NCBI GenBank assembly: GCA_963766935.1
Contig: CAVYBY010000008.1
Coordinates: 158,884 to 222,883, forward strand
Origin: an uncultured Actinomycetes bacterium
Lineage (GTDB): Bacteria; Actinomycetota; UBA4738; HRBIN12
Direction: 5' to 3'
Length of the DNA stretch: 64,000 nt
This document shows positions 59,789-64,000 of the stretch, piece by piece. The notes beneath the pieces were generated by a model that worked only from the letters and a program-made list of their open reading frames with translations, did not search any database and had not been told where the DNA came from. The translations under genes and the position numbers were made by a program. The first letter of the stretch is position 1, and each line of letters starts with the position of its first letter.

Positions 59789-60615
59789 CGCACCACGGCG
59801 AGAAGCGTCCGGATCGATTCCCGAAGAAGCTCTACGAGAAGGCGCTGCTCGATCTGCAGGAGGGGCTCGTAAAGATGGAGCAGTGGGTCCAGGAAACCGA
59901 TGCCCGCGTGCTCGTCATCTTCGAGGGACGCGACGCGGCCGGAAAGGGCGGCACGATCAAGCGGATCACCGCGCATCTCAACCCACGCGTCACGCGCCAC
60001 ATTGCCCTGCCAAAGCCGAACGACCGGGAGATCGGGCAGTGGTACTTCGAGCGGTACGTCGCGCAGCTGCCGTCGCGCGGCGAGATCTGCTTGTTCGACC
60101 GGAGCTGGTACAACCGAGCGGGGATCGAGCGCGTGCTCGGTTTCTGCACGGCCGAGGAGTACCAGCGGTTCCTGCGTCAGTGCCCGATCTTCGAGCGCCT
60201 CTTGATCGAGGACGGGATCATCCTGATCAAGTACTGGTTCTCCGTCAGCGACAAGGAACAGGAGCGCAGGCTCCGCGCCCGTGCCGACGACCCGCTTCGG
60301 CGGTGGAAGCTCTCCGATACCGACATCTACTCGCGGACGCGCTGGGTCGACTACTCACGCGCGAAGGACGACATGTTCATCCACACCGACATCCCCCAGG
60401 CGCCGTGGTACGTGGTCGAGGCCGACGACAAACGCAGGGCGCGGCTCAACTGCATCGCGCATCTGTTGTCGAAGATTCCGATCGAGGAGCGCGAGCTCCC
60501 GGAAGTCGAGATCCCGCCACGTCAGCGCGACGAAGGGTACAAACGCCCGCCGAAGGATCTCTCCACATACGTGCCGGACTACGCCGCGGAGGTGCTCTCC
60601 GCGGCCGGAGACTGA
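59785..60615 (+). CDS. ppk2: Polyphosphate kinase 2
   Basis: FEGRDAAGKGGTIKR, FDRSWYNR, RWKLS, DDKRRARLN. Confidence 0.95.
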   Translation: MTHHGEKRPDRFPKKLYEKALLDLQEGLVKMEQWVQETDARVLVIFEGRDAAGKGGTIKRITAHLNPRVTRHIALPKPNDREIGQWYFERYVAQLPSRGEICLFDRSWYNRAGIERVLGFCTAEEYQRFLRQCPIFERLLIEDGIILIKYWFSVSDKEQERRLRARADDPLRRWKLSDTDIYSRTRWVDYSRAKDDMFIHTDIPQAPWYVVEADDKRRARLNCIAHLLSKIPIEERELPEVEIPPRQRDEGYKRPPKDLSTYVPDYAAEVLSAAGD

Positions 60616-60638
60616 TCCGGCCCGCTCGGGCTTCTCGC

Positions 60639-61013
60639 TCAGGCCTCTTGGTTCAATGCGAGGGTGTTGCCCTCGCTGTCCTTGAACCAGCAGCCCTTCC
60701 CGCCTTCGAACTCGGCGACCCCGTCGTCGGTCTTGAGGCCCGGGAAGTCGTACTCCTCGAACGTCACGCCGCGGCCACGAAGATCGGCCATCTCGGCTCG
60801 GATGTCCGTCACCTGCCAGCCGGCAAGCGTGTTCTGCGCGGTGCCGGCGAACGACGTCGGGTAGAGAAGGAACTGTGTTCCGCCGCACTCATACCTGAGA
60901 CCGTCGGCGCGCTCTTCGGCCGGCTTCAGGTCGAGCTTCTCCTCGTACCAGGTACGGGCGCGATCGATGTCGGCCGCGGGCAGGGTCGGGATGATCGGAC
61001 AGTCGGACAGCAT
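60639..61013 (-). CDS. VOC (glyoxalase-like) family protein
   Basis: LPAADIDRARTWYEEKL, WFKDSEGNTL. Confidence 0.88.
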   Translation of the reverse strand: MLSDCPIIPTLPAADIDRARTWYEEKLDLKPAEERADGLRYECGGTQFLLYPTSFAGTAQNTLAGWQVTDIRAEMADLRGRGVTFEEYDFPGLKTDDGVAEFEGGKGCWFKDSEGNTLALNQEA

Positions 61014-61085
61014 GTGCTTCCCCCTTCGTCCTGTGGCGAGCCCCCATCGTCGGCCCGCCGGGGTCGATTGGTCAAGCCGCGCTGC

Positions 61086-61763
61086 TCAGACCAGGTCGTC
61101 GAGGACCTCGGCCACCGGTTTACGGATGCCCGTGACGAAGGGCGTCTCGACCTTCGTATACAGGCGCGCCTTGGCGTCGCGGAGGCGGCGGATGCAGTCG
61201 ACGAGCGTGTCCGCACGCTCGGCCTCGAACGCGAGAATCCACTCCCAGTCACCCAACGCGAAGGCGCTCGTCGTGTTTGCCAGCACGCCGGGAAACTCCC
61301 GTCCCATCACGCCGTGCTCCGCCAGCAGGGCGCTCCGCTCCTCCTTGGACAGGAGGTACCACTCGGGGGTGCGGACGAAGGGGTAGACGCACATGAACTT
61401 TCGCGGCGGCTCGCCGCGGACGAACGCGGGTTGATGGTCCGGAGAGAACTCGGCCGGTTTGACGGCGCCCATGAAGTTCCAGACCGGATCGAGGAGGTCG
61501 CCGGCGTGCGTTCGCCGGAACTCCACCAGGAACCGCTGGATCTCCTCGACGACGGTTCCGACCAGCCAGAGCATGAGATCGGCGTCGGCGCGGAACCCGA
61601 CGGTGGAGTACGTCCCCCGCACCTCGACGCGCCCGTCCCAGGCTTTGACGAGGTTCTCGATCTCCTGGGCTGCGCCGAGACGTTCCTCCGGATCCTCGAG
61701 TGCCTCGCGGAGCTCGGACGAGGCGCGGAACACCGGGTAGTGCGCGTAGATCGTCTCGCTCAT
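61086..61763 (-). CDS. hemQ: Coproheme decarboxylase (chlorite dismutase family, ChdC)
   Basis: GFRADADLMLW, PAEFSPDHQPAF, VYPFVRTPEWYLL, EHG, FALGDWEWILAFE; adjacent to hemY/hemH. Confidence 0.9.
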   Translation of the reverse strand: MSETIYAHYPVFRASSELREALEDPEERLGAAQEIENLVKAWDGRVEVRGTYSTVGFRADADLMLWLVGTVVEEIQRFLVEFRRTHAGDLLDPVWNFMGAVKPAEFSPDHQPAFVRGEPPRKFMCVYPFVRTPEWYLLSKEERSALLAEHGVMGREFPGVLANTTSAFALGDWEWILAFEAERADTLVDCIRRLRDAKARLYTKVETPFVTGIRKPVAEVLDDLV

Positions 61764-63157
61764 CTGATCCTCTCCTCACCGGCGGCAACGGGCTGAAGCA
61801 GAGCCTCGATCGCGTCGGCCACCCTGCCGGCGGCACGGACGCAGTCGGGGATGCCGACGCCATCGTACGGCTGCCCGGCCACGAACACCGACGGCGGCAG
61901 CGCGGCCCGGATCCGCGCGACACGGTCGAGGTGGCCGACCTCGTATTGCGGCATCGCCTTGGGCCAGCGCACCACGGCGGAATGCTCCGGGGTCGCCGGC
62001 AGCGGGAGGACGGCGGTCAGATGGCGGGCGCACGCCTGCACCAGGTCCTCATCCGGCGCATCCAGGACGTCCTCGTCGCCGGCCCCGCCGACGTAACAGC
62101 GCACGACGGCACGGCGGTCTTCGGCGCCCAGGCTCCACTTGCTGGAGAGCCAGGTGCAGGCGGTCATCGGCGCGAGCTCGCGCGGCACCACGAACCCGGT
62201 TCCCTCCGGCAACGCCGTCTGCGAGCCGGGCTCGTAGACGAGCAGGACCACGCCGGTCGACGCGGCGTCGATGCCGTCCAGCTCGGAGGCCGCCGAAGGA
62301 GCGGGGATGCGAAGCAGCCGGGCGGCGGCGGGTGCCGGGACGGCCATGACGACCACGTCCGCCTCGACCCGCTCCCCGCCTGCCACACCGACCAGCCATG
62401 CCTCACCGCGGGGTTCGAGCGTTTCGGCCGCCGCGCCGGTGCGGACCCGCGGCCCGAGCCGGTCGGCGAGCGCGCCGACCAGCCGGTCGACCCCGCCCTG
62501 CGGCGCAAGGAACATCGGCTCGCGCGATCGCTTCTCCGCGCCGCGGGAGGCGGCCTGCGATCCGCGGATCAAGCTCCCCTGCTCGCGCTCCCACTCGCGC
62601 AGATCGGGGAACGTCGCGGCAACCGAGAGGCGATCGATGTTGCCGGCGAAAAGGCCCGCGAGCAGCGGAGCGATCGCGCGATCCGTCGCCTCGTTGCCCA
62701 GACGCCGCCGCAAGAGCGAACCGAGCGTTTCGTCCCCGCCGCTTCGCCGCTTCGCCTTCACCAGATCGAGCAGCGCCCGGCGGCGGCCGCGTCCGGACAG
62801 ACCGGGCCACCGCAGGACGTCGCCGACGTCGCCGGGAATCCCGAACGCGGCCTGCTTGGGAAACCGGACGAGGCCGGTTTCGGTCCACAGATAGGTGCCG
62901 GTCATCGACGGCGAGACCAGACGGAGCCCAAGCTCGCGAGCCAGGTCGGCGGCCCATGGTTTGCGCGCCAGGAACGAGTCGGCCCCCGCGGGAAGCTCGA
63001 GCCCGCCGACCCGGATCGAACGGATCTTCCCGCCGGACCGCTCGCCCGCCTCGAGCACCACGACCTCGGGCTGCGGCCGGAGCATCGTCAGGCGATAGGC
63101 GACCGTCAGGCCGCTCACCCCGCCGCCGATCACGGCGACCCGGCGTGGGCCGGTCAC
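61760..63157 (-). CDS. hemY: Coproporphyrinogen/protoporphyrinogen oxidase (CgoX/HemY)
   Basis: IGGGVSGLTVAY, GADSFLARKP, GTGFVVP, ACTWLSSKW, RWPKAMPQYEVGH, GVGIPDC. Confidence 0.92.
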   Translation of the reverse strand: MTGPRRVAVIGGGVSGLTVAYRLTMLRPQPEVVVLEAGERSGGKIRSIRVGGLELPAGADSFLARKPWAADLARELGLRLVSPSMTGTYLWTETGLVRFPKQAAFGIPGDVGDVLRWPGLSGRGRRRALLDLVKAKRRSGGDETLGSLLRRRLGNEATDRAIAPLLAGLFAGNIDRLSVAATFPDLREWEREQGSLIRGSQAASRGAEKRSREPMFLAPQGGVDRLVGALADRLGPRVRTGAAAETLEPRGEAWLVGVAGGERVEADVVVMAVPAPAAARLLRIPAPSAASELDGIDAASTGVVLLVYEPGSQTALPEGTGFVVPRELAPMTACTWLSSKWSLGAEDRRAVVRCYVGGAGDEDVLDAPDEDLVQACARHLTAVLPLPATPEHSAVVRWPKAMPQYEVGHLDRVARIRAALPPSVFVAGQPYDGVGIPDCVRAAGRVADAIEALLQPVAAGEERIR

Positions 63158-64000
63158 TCGGCGGGAGCCCCCTCCAGGTGATCCCGGACGACGCGGGCGA
63201 GCACCTCGAGGAAGGCCGGGTCGGCGTTCGGCATCCGGGTCCGCTCGAACCGGATCCCGGCGTCGGCGGCGATCCTGGTGGCCTCGATGTCCAGGTCGTA
63301 CAGCGTCTCCAGATGGTCGGACACGAATCCCGCCGAGCAGACGACCACCGCGGGGTGGCCGGCCTCGGCCAGCTCGACGATGACCTCCTCGATCGGCGGG
63401 CCCCACCACGGATCGTTCGTTCGCCCGGCGCTCTGCCACCCGATCCGCACGTGGTCCAGCTCGAGCTTCGCTCCGACGAGATCCGCGGTCTCCTGCAGCC
63501 CGTCGCGGTAGCGGCACGAGGCGTCGCAGTCGCACAGCTTGCAGCGCAAGGTTCCGTCGGAGACGGTCCGCACCGGCAGCGAGTGGGCCGAGAAGACGAC
63601 GGGCGTCCGGCCGCGATCGGAATCCGGCAGCCGGTTCAGCGCCTCGCGAACCCGGCCGGCGAGAAACGACACGAACGCCGGATGCGCGTGATACGAGCGC
63701 ACGAACGAAAGCTCGAGCCGTCCCCGGCCCCGAGGTCCTCGCGCGCGCTTCTCGCGCGCTCCACGTAGGTCTCGACGGACATCCCCGACCAGTGCGGCGC
63801 CATGACCAGTCCGACACCACGCTCGATCCCCGCGTCGACCATCTGCTCGACGGCGTCGGCGATGAACGGGGCGGAGTGCTTCATCCCCGGGAACGCCCGA
63901 AACGCGCCGGGTTTGGTCCGGTTGAGCACCTCCACCGTGCCCTCGGCCTGAGCGCGCGTCGTGTCGAGCAGCGGGAAGACGTCGCCGATCGCCCGGTACC
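63154..64000 (-). CDS. hemH: Ferrochelatase (CpfC/HemH), 5' end outside window; frameshift near 63725
   Basis: GMKHSAPFI, VMAPHWS, FSAHSLP, WQSAGRT..PWWGP, GFVSDHLETLYDLD. Confidence 0.92.
   Translation of the reverse strand, partial: VPGDRRRLPAARHDARSGRGHGGGAQPDQTRRVSGVPGDEALRPVHRRRRRADGRRGDRAWCRTGHGAALVGDVRRDLRGAREKRARGPRGRGRLELSFVRSYHAHPAFVSFLAGRVREALNRLPDSDRGRTPVVFSAHSLPVRTVSDGTLRCKLCDCDASCRYRDGLQETADLVGAKLELDHVRIGWQSAGRTNDPWWGPPIEEVIVELAEAGHPAVVVCSAGFVSDHLETLYDLDIEATRIAADAGIRFERTRMPNADPAFLEVLARVVRDHLEGAPAE

Noticed and set aside
59785-60615. ppk2 as a polyphosphate donor for the HprK-like kinase
   Set aside because: It lies about 47 kb from the kinase among housekeeping genes, and nothing in the sequence links them.
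1-64000. CRISPR arrays, rRNA, IS elements, prophage genes
   Set aside because: No regularly spaced direct repeats, rRNA-like sequence, transposase, integrase or phage structural motifs were recognised.

Overview
High-GC DNA, most likely from an actinobacterium (BldD-like regulator, HemY/HemH/HemQ coproporphyrin-type heme pathway, Gram-positive-type LexA box). Many genes carry scattered frameshifts that look like long-read or low-coverage assembly errors. Layout: (1) 1-7136, two tandem CusA/CzcA-type RND permeases with two lipoproteins; (2) 7211-9237, a UvrD/PcrA-like helicase with a LexA box over its start codon; (3) 9274-44835, a ~35 kb single-strand locus; (4) 45008-52496, a divergent BldD-like regulator with an intact c-di-GMP motif, then FtsH, a GNAT, secreted proteins and tRNA-Ser(GCT); (5) 52590-64000, heme biosynthesis (hemA,C,D,B,L and hemH,Y,Q) around msrA, a HAD hydrolase, ppk2 and a VOC gene. 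The 35 kb locus is the best candidate for an undescribed system. It interleaves a heavily decorated polysaccharide pathway (Wzm/Wzt, Wzc-like, Wzy-like, WecA-like, several GTs, two sulfotransferases, methyl- and pyruvyltransferases, WbpA, WbpB-D fusion, CapD) with RiPP-like machinery: four PqqD/RRE domains (one fused to a CxxC thioredoxin), an HprK-like kinase plus a degenerate paralog, an NTP_transf_5-type nucleotidyltransferase, an AsnB-like ATP-dependent ligase lacking Cys1, and a 142-aa Tat-signal, 8-Cys protein whose signal peptide contains a WxxPxI motif resembling RRE-binding leaders. My inference is RRE-guided phospho-glycosylation of a Tat-exported disulfide-rich protein, possibly coupled to the surface glycan. 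All family calls come from motif recognition by eye; no database searches were run.
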